Part shown: positions 31,285 to 41,961 of the stretch, in pieces
Layout: the number at the start of each line of letters is the position of its first letter
Position numbering within the stretch: position 1 is the first letter of the stretch
From: an uncultured cyanobacterium
GTDB taxonomy: Bacteria > Cyanobacteriota > Cyanobacteriia > Cyanobacteriales > CAWCAG01
Assembly (NCBI GenBank): GCA_963803805.1
Contig: CAWDOD010000002.1
Location: 576,001-640,000 of the forward strand
Reading direction: 5' to 3'
Length of the DNA stretch: 64,000 nucleotides
Program-made: the position numbers and the translations under genes
The notes under the pieces: model-generated
What the model saw: only the letters and a program-made list of their open reading frames with translations
Databases searched by the model: none
What the model was told of the DNA's origin: nothing

Positions 31285-32774
31285 ATGACCAGCGCTACAG
31301 CAACTAAAACTAAGTACGAAGCGATTATTGGTTTGGAAACCCATTGTCAGCTTAATACGAAAACCAAAATTTTCAGTCGCGAATCCACAGAATTTGGTAA
31401 ACCCCCTAACTCCAATATTTCTCCTATTTGCCTGGGTTATCCTGGGGTGTTACCTGTTTTAAATGAAAAGGTGCTAGAGTATGCGGTTAAGGCGGGTTTA
31501 GCCCTTAACTGTCAAATCGCCCCCTACAGCAAGTTTGACCGCAAGCAATATTTTTATCCAGATTTACCGAAAAACTATCAAATTTCTCAGTTTGACTTAC
31601 CTATTGCTGAACATGGTTGGTTGGAAATTGAGTTAGTTGAGCAACAAGGTGATGAAGCCGTTAAGAAAAAAAGATTGGCATTACTCGCCTACATATGGAA
31701 GAGGATGCTGGTAAATTAGTTCATGTTGGTAGCGATCGCTTATCTGGCTCTACCTGTTCTTTAGTTGATTTTAATCGAGCCGGGATTCCTTTATTAGAAA
31801 TTGTCTCCGAACCGGATATTCGTTCAGGACAGGAAGCCGCCGAATATGGGCAGGAATTACGCCGCATTGTCCGTTATTTAGGCATTGGCGATGGCAATAT
31901 GCAGGAAGGTTCTTTACGTTGTGATGTCAATGTTTCTGTGCGTCCTGTAGGACAAAAAGAGTTTGGTACTAAAGTAGAAATTAAGAATATGAACTCCTTT
32001 AGTGCGATTCAAAAAGCCATTGATTATGAAATTGAACGTCAAATCGAGGCTTTAGAAACAGGAGAAACAATTCTCCAAGAAACTCGCCTTTGGCAGGAAG
32101 GGAATCAATGTACCGTAAGTATGCGCATTAAGGAAGGTTCCAGCGACTATCGCTATTTCCCGGAACCAGATTTACCTCCCATTGAAGTTTCTCAAGGACA
32201 ATTAACACAGTGGCAAGCTGAGTTACCGGAACTTCCTGCCAAAAAGCGTCATCATTATGAAAACAATTTGGGTCTTTCCGCCTATGATGCTAGGGTTCTA
32301 ACCGATGATCGCACTATAGCTGAATATTTTGAAACGGTGGTGAAAAATGGTGCGAATCCTAAACAAGCAGTTAATTGGGTGATGGGAGATGTTGCTGCTT
32401 ACTTGAATAATAATAAGTTGAGTATTACCGAAATTGCTCTCACTCCTGAGATATTGGCTGAGTTGATTGGTTTAATTGATCAAGGTACGATTAGCGGTAA
32501 AATTGCCAAAGAGATATTACCTGAATTATTAGTTGGTGGCGGTTCTGCCCAAGAGTTGGTTGAGAAGAAGGGACTAGTACAAATCTCCGATACAGGAGAA
32601 ATTGAAAAAATTATTGACGAAATACTCGCAGCTAATGCAGATAAGGTAGAGCAGTTTCGTAATGGCAAGACAAAAATTCGTGGCTTTTTCGTTGGTCAAG
32701 TAATGAAGAAAACCAGTGGTAGAGCCGATCCAAAGCTAACTAATCAGTTGCTGAGTAAAAAACTTCAAAGTTGA
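31285..32774 (+). CDS. gatB: Asp/Glu-tRNA amidotransferase subunit B (frameshift in A run near 31670)
   Basis: [22 protein letters not shown] in ORF 1; [30 protein letters not shown] in the second frame. Confidence 0.95.
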
Positions 32775-32784
32775 CAAGAGAAAT

Positions 32785-32806
32785 AGGGGGTTGCGCCCCC
32801 TTTTTT
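32785..32806 (+). terminator. gatB terminator
   Basis: AGGGGG-TTGCG-CCCCCT stem followed by a T run. Confidence 0.75.
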
Positions 32807-32819
32807 ATATGATTATAAT
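32791..32819 (+). promoter_or_regulatory. Sigma70-type promoter of sRNA unit 1
   Basis: TTGCGC (32791) - 17 nt - TATAAT (32814). Confidence 0.65.
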
Positions 32820-32825
32820 GTGATA

Positions 32826-32883
32826 AGTAGATGCACCCTGATGATTTGGGAGAGCCACTTAACTTAATTACGGCTCTCTTTTT
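32826..32883 (+). ncRNA. Putative sRNA unit 1 (NsiR1-like 5' end)
   Basis: AGTAGATGCACCCTGAT..., GAGAGCC/GGCTCTC stem plus T5, upstream promoter. Confidence 0.6.
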
Positions 32884-33000
32884 CTTTGCCTAATAAAGCC
32901 AAGGGCAACATGACCCATTTTTATTATCCCTAATGCTCTAAACCAATGTTTGGAAAGAGCTAAATGCCCTGATTTAAAATTGCCTTATCACAATTTAGTT

Positions 33001-33052
33001 AGTAGATTCACCTTAACAACTGAGAGATTTACTTTTACAGCTTTCCTTTTTT
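33001..33052 (+). ncRNA. Putative sRNA unit 2
   Basis: AGTAGATTCACCTT...; CACAAT 6 nt upstream; weak stem plus T6. Confidence 0.4.
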
Positions 33053-33153
33053 CGCCTTGAGGCTAGGTTGACTTTAGTAAAGTAATCCATGTCGATTAGA
33101 AAATAAATTTTACAGGGGTAGACCGTTTTTGTTTAAGATGCTATATTTCTCTG

Positions 33154-33209
33154 GGTAGATGCAATCTGAATTTATAATCAAGAGTGTATTTTGTACTACT
33201 CTTGAATTT
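33154..33209 (+). ncRNA. Putative sRNA unit 3
   Basis: GGTAGATGCAATCTGAA...; TAGACC-17-TATATT promoter; TCAAGAGT/ACTCTTGA stem. Confidence 0.5.
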
Positions 33210-33502
33210 CTCTGAAATCACTAGATTAAATTGGAACATATTTGAGAAAGCAAAAGTCTACTAGGTATTAGTAAAAATTGGCTTTTATCAATGACCTCAC
33301 CAAGAGCTAATTGGTGATATCTAGCGTATTAGATATACTATCCCCTTAATCCTGTTTTAGCTAGGGGGTAAAACCCCTCACCCCAAAATTCTAGTGCTAT
33401 TTTGTTACCGATCAAGGGAGCTAGAAGGTGGGAAGGTTAGGTCAGGATCAGGGGCTTTACTAAGATGGTCAAAATAGGCTGTAACTCTTTATCTCTGAAA
33501 GC

Positions 33503-34102
33503 TTACAATTTCTCAGTAACAGATTTCTCTTCACTATCTACCGGGGCTTCATCCCAATAAAAACGGTAGAAATAATAATCGTCAGCAAAACTTTGCTTAT
33601 CTAATACGTGATGAATCCAATCTTCATCAATTAATCTTTGCCCTAGCTTAATCGCTTGCTCTGGGGAAATTTTTAGCTTTTTTCTAAACCAAGCTACTGC
33701 TTCACTACCGATAAAACAGCGATCATAAACATTAAGCTTATAACGGCGGTCTTGAATAGATATACCATCAATATCCCGCATTTTAGTTACTAGTTTTCTC
33801 AGATCAACTTTAGAGACAACATCAGTGGTTTTCGATTTTTTAACTACTTTGGCATGGTCATCTCGATACCAAAGAGTAAAACCTCTTTTTCCTTCTACTA
33901 CCAAACACTCTACTTTGCCTTTGTGTTGCAAAAAAAATTCTCTGCTGTGTTGAATCGCATCTCTACCACGATCGAGAGGATAGGATTCTCCTTTGACATA
34001 TAGCTTGTCTTGATAGGCTATACCCTTAACTATTTTCTTCTTACCTGCTGTCTTATGACTTAATAAACAACGTTTGACATTTTTGATGCTCAAAACCAGC
34101 AT
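33503..34102 (-). CDS. DEP-domain protein
   Basis: C-terminal IQDRRY....YDRCFIGSEAVAW...AIKLGQRL...IHHV....FADDYYFYRF. Confidence 0.88.
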   Translation of the reverse strand: MLVLSIKNVKRCLLSHKTAGKKKIVKGIAYQDKLYVKGESYPLDRGRDAIQHSREFFLQHKGKVECLVVEGKRGFTLWYRDDHAKVVKKSKTTDVVSKVDLRKLVTKMRDIDGISIQDRRYKLNVYDRCFIGSEAVAWFRKKLKISPEQAIKLGQRLIDEDWIHHVLDKQSFADDYYFYRFYWDEAPVDSEEKSVTEKL

Positions 34103-34172
34103 AGACTTTCCCCTGATAAACTAACGACTCATACCATTAATCATTTATCATTAAACATCGATTATTTTTCCA

Positions 34173-35198
34173 TTAATAACGAATACGTGGATCTATATAA
34201 GCATTGACAATATCAATCAGAATACTGACTACAACAACAATGCCGCCAAAAAAGACCATAATTCCCTGTACAGTAGGATAATCTCGCAAGGAGATGGCTT
34301 CGTAGAGACGATTACCTAAACCAGGCCAAGAAAAAGTAACTTCTGTTAAGACAGCCCCTCCCAACAAAGCAGCAAAAGTTAAGCCCAAAACCGTAATCAC
34401 GGGAATGAGGGCATTTTTTAGAGCATGGTTAAACAGGATTGTCTTTTCCGAAATGCCCCTTGCCCTAGCTGCTTCAACATAATCTGCTTGTAGAGTTTGC
34501 TTAAGGTTAACCCTAACAATGCGCTCGAATATGCCACTAAGAAGAATACCTAAACACAGACAAGGTAAAGCAAGGTAGTGGAGGGTAATTAATAATTGGC
34601 TGAAATTCCCGGACAAAATACTATCAATGGTATATAACCCGGTAATTGTTTCTGGTGGCATAGTACCCACTGGAAAGCGAGTTCCTAAAGGAAACCAGCC
34701 TAACTGCACAGAGAAAATTAACTGTACAATCATTCCTACCCAAAATAAAGGTAAAGAATAGGTGATGATGCCAAATAAACGGCCTCCCACATCAAAAATA
34801 GTACCCGGCCTTGAAGCAGAAAGCATCCCTACCCCCACACCTACGATCACGGCGATCACCATACCAAATAAGGATAATTCTACAGTAGCAGGAAAATACT
34901 GTTGGATGGTTTCCCATACCGATTGACCTCTACTCGTCAAAGAGGAACCTAAATCTAAACTAAGCAATTGCTTGAGGTAGTTAAGATATTGTAACCAAAG
35001 AGGATTAGCTAGTCCTAATTCTTCCCTCAACGCCACCTTAGCTGATTCCGGAGCGCGCGCACCTAAAATAGCATCAGCAGGATCTCCGGGAGTTGCCCTC
35101 AATAACAGAAAAACCAAGGTGGTAATGGTTAGTAGCATTAAAGGGGCAAGGAATAAACGGGTTAGGACATAGTATTGTAGGGCTTTGGAACGAGACAT
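34173..35198 (-). CDS. Peptide/nickel ABC transporter permease (DppB/OppB-like)
   Basis: PGDPA, PATVEL, DYVEAARARG, TEVTFSWPGLG, RDYPTVQG. Confidence 0.92.
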   Translation of the reverse strand: MSRSKALQYYVLTRLFLAPLMLLTITTLVFLLLRATPGDPADAILGARAPESAKVALREELGLANPLWLQYLNYLKQLLSLDLGSSLTSRGQSVWETIQQYFPATVELSLFGMVIAVIVGVGVGMLSASRPGTIFDVGGRLFGIITYSLPLFWVGMIVQLIFSVQLGWFPLGTRFPVGTMPPETITGLYTIDSILSGNFSQLLITLHYLALPCLCLGILLSGIFERIVRVNLKQTLQADYVEAARARGISEKTILFNHALKNALIPVITVLGLTFAALLGGAVLTEVTFSWPGLGNRLYEAISLRDYPTVQGIMVFFGGIVVVVSILIDIVNAYIDPRIRY

Positions 35199-35395
35199 AT
35201 CAGTTATTCAGTTATCAAAATGATGTCTTTGACAAGGGTAAACCCTACAAGGTAAGGCTTGCCGTTGCCGTTAAGCATCAGACAGTTTTTTGTCATTATT
35301 AACTTAACCTGTAAAGTCTCTCTCTTGGCCAAATGAAACAACCTAACTGCTCTAATTAAGCTAGAATTGCTTTTCATTAGTTTACAGAGCAGAAG

Positions 35396-36991
35396 ATGAA
35401 TTTTCTCGATCGGGGTGAAAAAGCTTTTTTTACTCCTCTTCTGATGGATAAGCCAGTAATTAAACAAACTATCTTGCTTATAGAGGGCGGGATCGATAAC
35501 TTGCGAATTTTGTCAAGTATCTTAGAATCCCGTGGCTACCAAGTTAAGAAGGTGGTACGGGGCAAGTTTGCTTTAAAGGTTGTAGAGACAATCCAACCAG
35601 ACTTAATCTTACTAGGCATTCATTTACCTGATATCAACGGTTACGAGGTCTGCCGACAGCTTAAAACCATGGTATTAATTAAAGAGATTCCCATAATTTT
35701 TATTAGTGCTTCCAATCTAATTAAAGATAAAGTTAAAGCGTTCACTTTAGGAGGTATAGACTATATAGACAAGCCTTTTTATCAAGAAGAAATTATTGTC
35801 CGTGTTGAAAACCAATTATATTTGCGTTTTCTCCAAAATCAACTACAAAAAATTGCCCAGAAATTTCAAGAAAAAAGTAGCAGTCTCCGCAAAGAACTCC
35901 GGGAACGTCGCCACTCAGAAATGGAAGTGCGCTTATTATTAGCAGTTACTCAAACCTTAGAAAGAGTTCCAAACTTAAATGCTGCTTTTGAGGTAGTTTT
36001 ACGCTTAATTTGCCAAAGTATTCGTTGGGATTTAGCAGAAGCCTGGTTGCCAAAGGAAGTAGAGGTAAGGGACTCCTCGCCTCTACTAGAATGTAATTGT
36101 ATTTGGCATCTACCAGATGAGCAATTAGAAACCTTTCAACAAAAAAGTGAAAACCTAACCCTTCCAGCAACTGCTGGCTTACCGGGGCGAGTTTTTGCTT
36201 CCCAACAGCCAGAATGGATTGAAGAGGTAGTTAAAGAAGAATCTTGTCTATGGCGTGACTCTCAAGCAATTGCAGCCGCAGAATTTAAAACTTCTTTGGG
36301 AGTTCCTGTCATAGCAGAAGGAAAAGTTGTGGTGGTGTTAGTTTTCTTCACCAGAAATCCTAGTCCATTTAACCAACGTACCCTCGATTTAATCGAAGCT
36401 ATTAGTACTCAAATTGGTTCATTAATCCAGCGCCGTAAAACAGAAAATGCTTTAATAGAGGCTAATCAAAAACTAGAACGCCTTGTTAATATAGATGGCT
36501 TAACCGGAGTTGCTAACCGCAGGTGTTTTGATGAGTATTTGTTTAGGCAATGGCAGCAAGAATCTCCCGTTTCTTTAATTCTCTGTGATGTAGATTTCTT
36601 CAAACTTTATAATGATACCTATGGGCATCAAACCGGAGATGATTGCCTACAAAAAATTGCTCAGATGATTAATACAGTTGTTACCCAACCTCCTAATTTG
36701 GTAGCGCGTTATGGTGGTGAAGAATTTGTGGTTATTTTACCCAATACCAATATTGAAGAAGCAGTTCAAATGGCTGAAACCATCCGCCAAGAAGTAAAAG
36801 CCCTGGAAATTCCCCATAACCGTTCTCCTATTAGCAGAGTTGTTACCTTGAGTATTGGGGTAGCTAGTACTATCCCGCAACCAGAAAACCATCCCCACCA
36901 TCTGATCGAAAACAGCGATCGCGCCCTTTATGCCGCCAAAGCAGGAGGGAGAAATTGCGTTTTAGCAGCAAAACAATTACTTTATCCGTAA
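35396..36991 (+). CDS. REC(degenerate)-GAF-GGDEF diguanylate cyclase
   Basis: Receiver-like N terminus, GLPGRV GAF, DGLTGVANRR, ARYGGEEF. Confidence 0.92.
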   Translation: MNFLDRGEKAFFTPLLMDKPVIKQTILLIEGGIDNLRILSSILESRGYQVKKVVRGKFALKVVETIQPDLILLGIHLPDINGYEVCRQLKTMVLIKEIPIIFISASNLIKDKVKAFTLGGIDYIDKPFYQEEIIVRVENQLYLRFLQNQLQKIAQKFQEKSSSLRKELRERRHSEMEVRLLLAVTQTLERVPNLNAAFEVVLRLICQSIRWDLAEAWLPKEVEVRDSSPLLECNCIWHLPDEQLETFQQKSENLTLPATAGLPGRVFASQQPEWIEEVVKEESCLWRDSQAIAAAEFKTSLGVPVIAEGKVVVVLVFFTRNPSPFNQRTLDLIEAISTQIGSLIQRRKTENALIEANQKLERLVNIDGLTGVANRRCFDEYLFRQWQQESPVSLILCDVDFFKLYNDTYGHQTGDDCLQKIAQMINTVVTQPPNLVARYGGEEFVVILPNTNIEEAVQMAETIRQEVKALEIPHNRSPISRVVTLSIGVASTIPQPENHPHHLIENSDRALYAAKAGGRNCVLAAKQLLYP

Positions 36992-37046
36992 GAAGAAGGA
37001 AGAAGGGAGAAGGGGGTAGTAAATAAGGAAATAAACTTGTTACTTA

Positions 37047-40000
37047 TTACCATTCTCTAATATCAACGGTAAAAGCTAAAACTGTCTCATCAATTCCTTT
37101 GAGGGTAAGGGGGCGACATTTGGTGATTTCATCATCTTGCAAATAGTCTGCCACCGTCGCAGAAACAATGATTTTGTTGGGTTCGGCAGCTTCTTGTAGC
37201 CGGGCTGCAATATTAACTGCGGGTCCAATAGCAGTATAATCAGCCCTCTGTCCCCCACCAAACATTCCTACCACAGCCGTCCCTTGATGAATACCACAAC
37301 GAAACTTCACTAAGGGCAAAGCGTGTTTGCTGAGGAAGCCTTGTTCTTCCCATTTTTGATTCAATGCTTTCAGAGAATGGTGCATTTGCCGAGAAGCGGC
37401 GATCGCTCTTCTCACTTGTTCATTGGGGGTAAGTTCTTCCGGCGCTCCAAATAAAGCGACAATAGCATCACCAATAAATTTATCCACTGTTCCGCCATTA
37501 GCAAATACCGCTTCTGTCATCGCCTCAAGATACTCGTTAAGCAGTTGGGCAACTCGGCGCGATCGCAGGGTGTTAGATAGTTGGGTAAAGCCAACTATAT
37601 CACTAAATAAAATTGTCACTAAATGAGGTTCAGGGCGCAAATCCAAAGCTAATTCTCCCCTCGCTGCCTTTTTTACCATTGCCGGGGGTAAGAAGCGTTT
37701 GAGAACTGATTCGGTAAGATAGCTGTTGAGTTGCTTAACCCTCTTTTCATTAGCCTTCAGTGCCAACAAGTTGCGTACCTCGGCCAACAATTCCCGATTA
37801 TTAAAAGGCTTCGATAAATAAGCATCTGCCCCTCTTTCTGTTCCCTCAATGCGACTCGCTTCGTCGGCTTTGGCCGTTAAAAGGATGATTGGCGTACCTT
37901 GTAATTCCTTGTGATCACGAATTTGACGCATCATTTCTGTACCAGAAAGTACCGGCATCATCAAATCGGTGATAATCAAGTGAGGAGGATTGGCCAAAGC
38001 GAGGTTAAATCCTGCCTCACCATTATGGGCGCTACGAACTCGATAACCGGCTTCCCGTAAAATCTGTGAGACATAAACCCGTAAGTCGGCGTTGTCATCT
38101 ACTACCATAATTAAGGAGTGGGAAGCATCCTCTAACCTATCTTCATAACGCTCTACTTCCAATATCTTCCCTTCTAAATCTGCCAATTCTATTGTGCCGC
38201 GACTTAGCTGTAATCCTTCAGAAACTTCTGATACTTGTTTGGCTGGTAAATGGGCAGTTCCTGTTTGTAGCCAAACGGTAAAAGTTGTGCCTTGATCGAG
38301 GACAGACTCTACTTTAACCTGCCCTTTGTGTAACTCTACCAACTCTTTGACTAAAGCTAATCCTAAGCCGCTACCTTCATGGGAACGATCTACGGAGCCC
38401 TCTACTTGGTGGAAACGATCAAAGAGAAATTGCAGATGGGAAGGTGCGATACCGATACCTGTATCTTTCACTTGAAATTGAATAAGGTTGCCTACAGGAG
38501 CAATGCTTACTTGGATACTTCCCCCCGGTTTGGTGAATTTCATGGCATTAGAGAGAAGATTATAAATCACCTTATCAAACTTCTCTAAATCCACATAAAC
38601 TTGCGGACAATGTTGCAAGTCAGTTTTAATAACTAGGCCCTTTTTGTGGCAGTGGGGACGGAAGGTTTCCACAATTTGTTCGATAACTTCCCCCAAGTTA
38701 CAAGGATGAAACTTCGGTTGCATTCTCCTGGCATCTAAGCGTTGCAAATCTAGTAATTGGTTCACTAACCTCAATAAGCGCCTAGAGTTGCGTAGAGCAA
38801 TTTTAGCCTGTTCTGGAGAAATACCCTTGCCTTGACTAACAGCAGCCTCTAAAGGCCCAATAGTTAAGGTTAAAGGAGTACGAAACTCATGGGAAACGTT
38901 TTGGAAAAATTCTGTTTTTTGTCGATTTAACTCTAAAAGACTTTCTGCTTGCTGTCTAGTTTGTTGATAAAGACGAGAATGTTTTACGGCGATCGCTGCC
39001 TGGGAGGCTACAGCTTCGGCTAATTCGGCTTCGGCATTTGTCCAGTTACGAGGCAAATTTTCTTGGCGTAGGGAAATGCTGCCAATAATCTTCTCATCAA
39101 CAATTAAAGGAACTAATAATAAAGCACGGGCAGGAGAGCGAAAGGGTAAATTAGGACTCACCTCTAAAGGTTTAGTCTTCAAATCATCTACCACTACAGG
39201 CTTTTTTGTTTCCAGTAGCTCCTGTAACAGAGAATTGCCTGTAATTGGTACAAAAGATTGGGGAATAAGTTGAGCAGAACTTGGGGCTGCTAAATGATTA
39301 TTACCTTCTTCTTCAGCATATTCCCCAAAAGCTCTGGCTTCCCTGCCATCATATAAACCAACACACTGCACAAAATCGTCTTCTTCTTGCCATAAAGATA
39401 AAGCACAACCATCTACTTTGAGAGCCTGTCCCAACTCTTTGGTAATGGCCATAAAAATTTCTTGAGGTTCTAAAGAAGAGCGAATAACGGTGGTAATATT
39501 ATTAACTAAGGCTTCCCTTTGAGCCGAAGCTCTAACTTGTTCATAAGCACGAGCTTGGGAAATTGCTAAAGCTGCTTGATCCGCTACCATCTCCGTTAAT
39601 TTAACTTCCTCTTCTTCCCAGGTATGGGGTGTATGGCATTGATGTAAAGCGAGCATGGCCATCAGTTCCCCTTGAAAGATAAAAGGTACAATTAAAGTCG
39701 AACGAATATCAGCTTTTTCTAGGGCAATGCCCCTATGTTCATTGCCATTAAACCTCTCATCTTTCCTTGCATCGTTAATAATTTCAATTTGCTCAGTTTC
39801 CCAGACTAATTCCAAAGGACAAAGTATCTGGGACAATTCCTGATCTTCTTTTTGGTAAATAAACCATTCTCCGTCCCGTAACAAATGCTCGGCAGCTAGG
39901 GGACGTAAAATGCCAACATCTACCTCCAGCATCTTACCCACAGTATTAACAATAGTTTGCAGAACTTCTTTTAAAGGAGAGTCTCCCGGAGAACCATGTT

Positions 40001-40475
40001 CTGCATTCCTAATGGTACTAATTATGGAATTAAGCAAAGATTCTCGACGTAGCAACCGACGCAAACCTTCCGTCCTTACTTTAAGAACATTGTGGGTATC
40101 TAGCGCCTGTTTAACCACCACCATTAGCTCTTCTTCCTGCCAAGGTTTGGTAACGTACTTAAATACCTTACCTGTATTGATCGCTTCTACTAAATCGCCA
40201 ACATCAGTATAACCAGTTAAAATAATCCTAATTACGTCGGGATACTGCACTGCCGAAAGACTAAGTAACTCCGTTCCGCTCATTTTTGGCATTCGTTGAT
40301 CGGAGATAATAACTGCTATATTTTCTTCCCTAGCCAGAATCTCTAAAGCCATAGGACCATTTTGGGCAGTCAATACCTGATAGTCTCGATAAAAAGTACG
40401 ATACAAAAGGTCGAGATTATGCTGCTCGTCATCAACTACCAGAATTTTTGGTTTATTCCTATTTGGGGATATCAT
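37047..40475 (-). CDS. cyaC: Adenylate cyclase, REC-GAF-GAF-HisK-REC-CYC
   Basis: VVDDE/ISDQRMP, SHEFRTPL, GSGLGL, ITDLMMP, FSDIVGFT, DKFIGD, VNIAARL; architecture matches CyaC. Confidence 0.92.
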   Translation of the reverse strand: MISPNRNKPKILVVDDEQHNLDLLYRTFYRDYQVLTAQNGPMALEILAREENIAVIISDQRMPKMSGTELLSLSAVQYPDVIRIILTGYTDVGDLVEAINTGKVFKYVTKPWQEEELMVVVKQALDTHNVLKVRTEGLRRLLRRESLLNSIISTIRNAEHGSPGDSPLKEVLQTIVNTVGKMLEVDVGILRPLAAEHLLRDGEWFIYQKEDQELSQILCPLELVWETEQIEIINDARKDERFNGNEHRGIALEKADIRSTLIVPFIFQGELMAMLALHQCHTPHTWEEEEVKLTEMVADQAALAISQARAYEQVRASAQREALVNNITTVIRSSLEPQEIFMAITKELGQALKVDGCALSLWQEEDDFVQCVGLYDGREARAFGEYAEEEGNNHLAAPSSAQLIPQSFVPITGNSLLQELLETKKPVVVDDLKTKPLEVSPNLPFRSPARALLLVPLIVDEKIIGSISLRQENLPRNWTNAEAELAEAVASQAAIAVKHSRLYQQTRQQAESLLELNRQKTEFFQNVSHEFRTPLTLTIGPLEAAVSQGKGISPEQAKIALRNSRRLLRLVNQLLDLQRLDARRMQPKFHPCNLGEVIEQIVETFRPHCHKKGLVIKTDLQHCPQVYVDLEKFDKVIYNLLSNAMKFTKPGGSIQVSIAPVGNLIQFQVKDTGIGIAPSHLQFLFDRFHQVEGSVDRSHEGSGLGLALVKELVELHKGQVKVESVLDQGTTFTVWLQTGTAHLPAKQVSEVSEGLQLSRGTIELADLEGKILEVERYEDRLEDASHSLIMVVDDNADLRVYVSQILREAGYRVRSAHNGEAGFNLALANPPHLIITDLMMPVLSGTEMMRQIRDHKELQGTPIILLTAKADEASRIEGTERGADAYLSKPFNNRELLAEVRNLLALKANEKRVKQLNSYLTESVLKRFLPPAMVKKAARGELALDLRPEPHLVTILFSDIVGFTQLSNTLRSRRVAQLLNEYLEAMTEAVFANGGTVDKFIGDAIVALFGAPEELTPNEQVRRAIAASRQMHHSLKALNQKWEEQGFLSKHALPLVKFRCGIHQGTAVVGMFGGGQRADYTAIGPAVNIAARLQEAAEPNKIIVSATVADYLQDDEITKCRPLTLKGIDETVLAFTVDIREW

Positions 40476-41093
40476 GCCCCGTCTCCTGCTAAATTGAGCT
40501 AGTAGTTATTAAGAAAGGGAATTTTGCCTTTCAGCGATGCTTGAGTTGATGATTGATGAGTTTTGAGTACAAATACTTAAACACCTAGAATGGTTAAAGT
40601 ATTTGCAAACTAGATAGCCACTGCCATTAGCCGAACTCGATGTAACACCCCAATAAAAGCAAATGGCACTAACTACGGCACAGCACTACCCGGACTAAAT
40701 TAACCCGGTGAAATTTGAAAACTTTTAAGGTTAAAAATCAACTAAATTCAACCTTTATCAAGAAATATTGCTCTATCTAACAGTGCCATATTGGTTTAAG
40801 ATGCCTCAATCTAGACTAGCTTATGGTTGCTTAGGAAGGGAACAGCAATACCTCGTAGCATATCCTGTATAAGCACGTAAAGCTTTTATGTGATTTATTC
40901 TAAGATAGTTAAGTTAGTTGTCATGGCTAACTTCAGACCTGATAAACTTGTATAGAGATAAAATATCTAAATAACCAGCCTGCTCATTAACTATTTCCTT
41001 ATTTAACCATTAATACAAAGCCATTTTATGCTCAGAAAATCTCCTCTGGGTTCTTGCTAAATTCCTCACTTCTTTCTACACCCGAACTTAGTT

Positions 41094-41709
41094 GTGAATT
41101 CTTGCTTTTCTCCTCTAACACCATCTCTGCAAACTTCTGTTGGTTCTGTAGCTAATTACTCCCAATTGCGCATTCGTACTGCTCATGTTAGTGATTCTGA
41201 GCAATTTAGCGACAGTTCTTGCAGAAAGCTTTCATCCTCCTGAAGGATGGATGAGTTTGATTTACCCAGTTTTAAAATTAGGAATTTACGAAGATTTACG
41301 CTCTCGCCTCCATTTTAGTTCAAACAATTATCTTTGCTTAGTGGCAAGCATTCCTTTTTCCGGACTGAATAAGAATAATGAAGTTGCTATTGCTACAGTA
41401 GAAATGGCTTTACGTTCTCACTGTTTTCCCTTAGAAGAGCCACGTTATCCTTACATTTCTAATTTAGCAGTTAGAAAAGCTCACCGTAGAAAAGGTATTG
41501 CTTGTAAACTACTAGTAAATTGTGAGCAAAAAGCTCTTGAGTGGGGTTTTTCCGAGTTATATTTGCACGTCTTAGATAATAACGAACAGGCTAAGCAACT
41601 TTATTTTAATCACGGTTATCAAGTCTGTAGGGTAGAACCTAGTTGTAGTGCTTGGTTGTTTAAAAATCCCCGTCGCTTATTTCTTCGTAAGTACTTAGTC
41701 AATACTTAA
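41094..41709 (+). CDS. GNAT N-acetyltransferase (apparent +1 frameshift near 41195)
   Basis: YISNLAV...RRKGIA, LYLHV..N..A..LY. GTG at 41094 gives ...QLRIRTAHVSD, which joins LSNLATVLAESFH after removing one T. Confidence 0.85.
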
Positions 41710-41961
41710 GTTACTCTGAAAAAACATTTTAAAATATACCTAAGCTAGGATGCTGACTATATTACAAAGACTTGCTCTAGAATTTCCCTCTGTTCTCTAC
41801 TTTCCGGACAAGTGTAATATATGAGAACCAAAGTTGAGCATTTTTACTAACCTCAATTTTAGGTTAATTACATCGATCATGCTAATTTCGTACCGATCTA
41901 AACAAATAACTTAAGAATAGTACTTCATATCTTCACTCCCCAGTCTCCTTTGTTATTCACC

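Noticed and set aside
31660-31680. Programmed frameshift or true pseudogene in gatB
   Set aside because: One of several indels in the window; an assembly error is simpler.
32826-33340. Spaced repeats considered as a CRISPR array
   Set aside because: The shared core is only ~10 nt, spacing is 153-175 nt, and no cas genes are present.
33329-33370. Possible fourth sRNA unit (TTAGATATAC...CCCC/GGGG)
   Set aside because: Spacing fits, but the seed is degenerate and there is no convincing -10 box.
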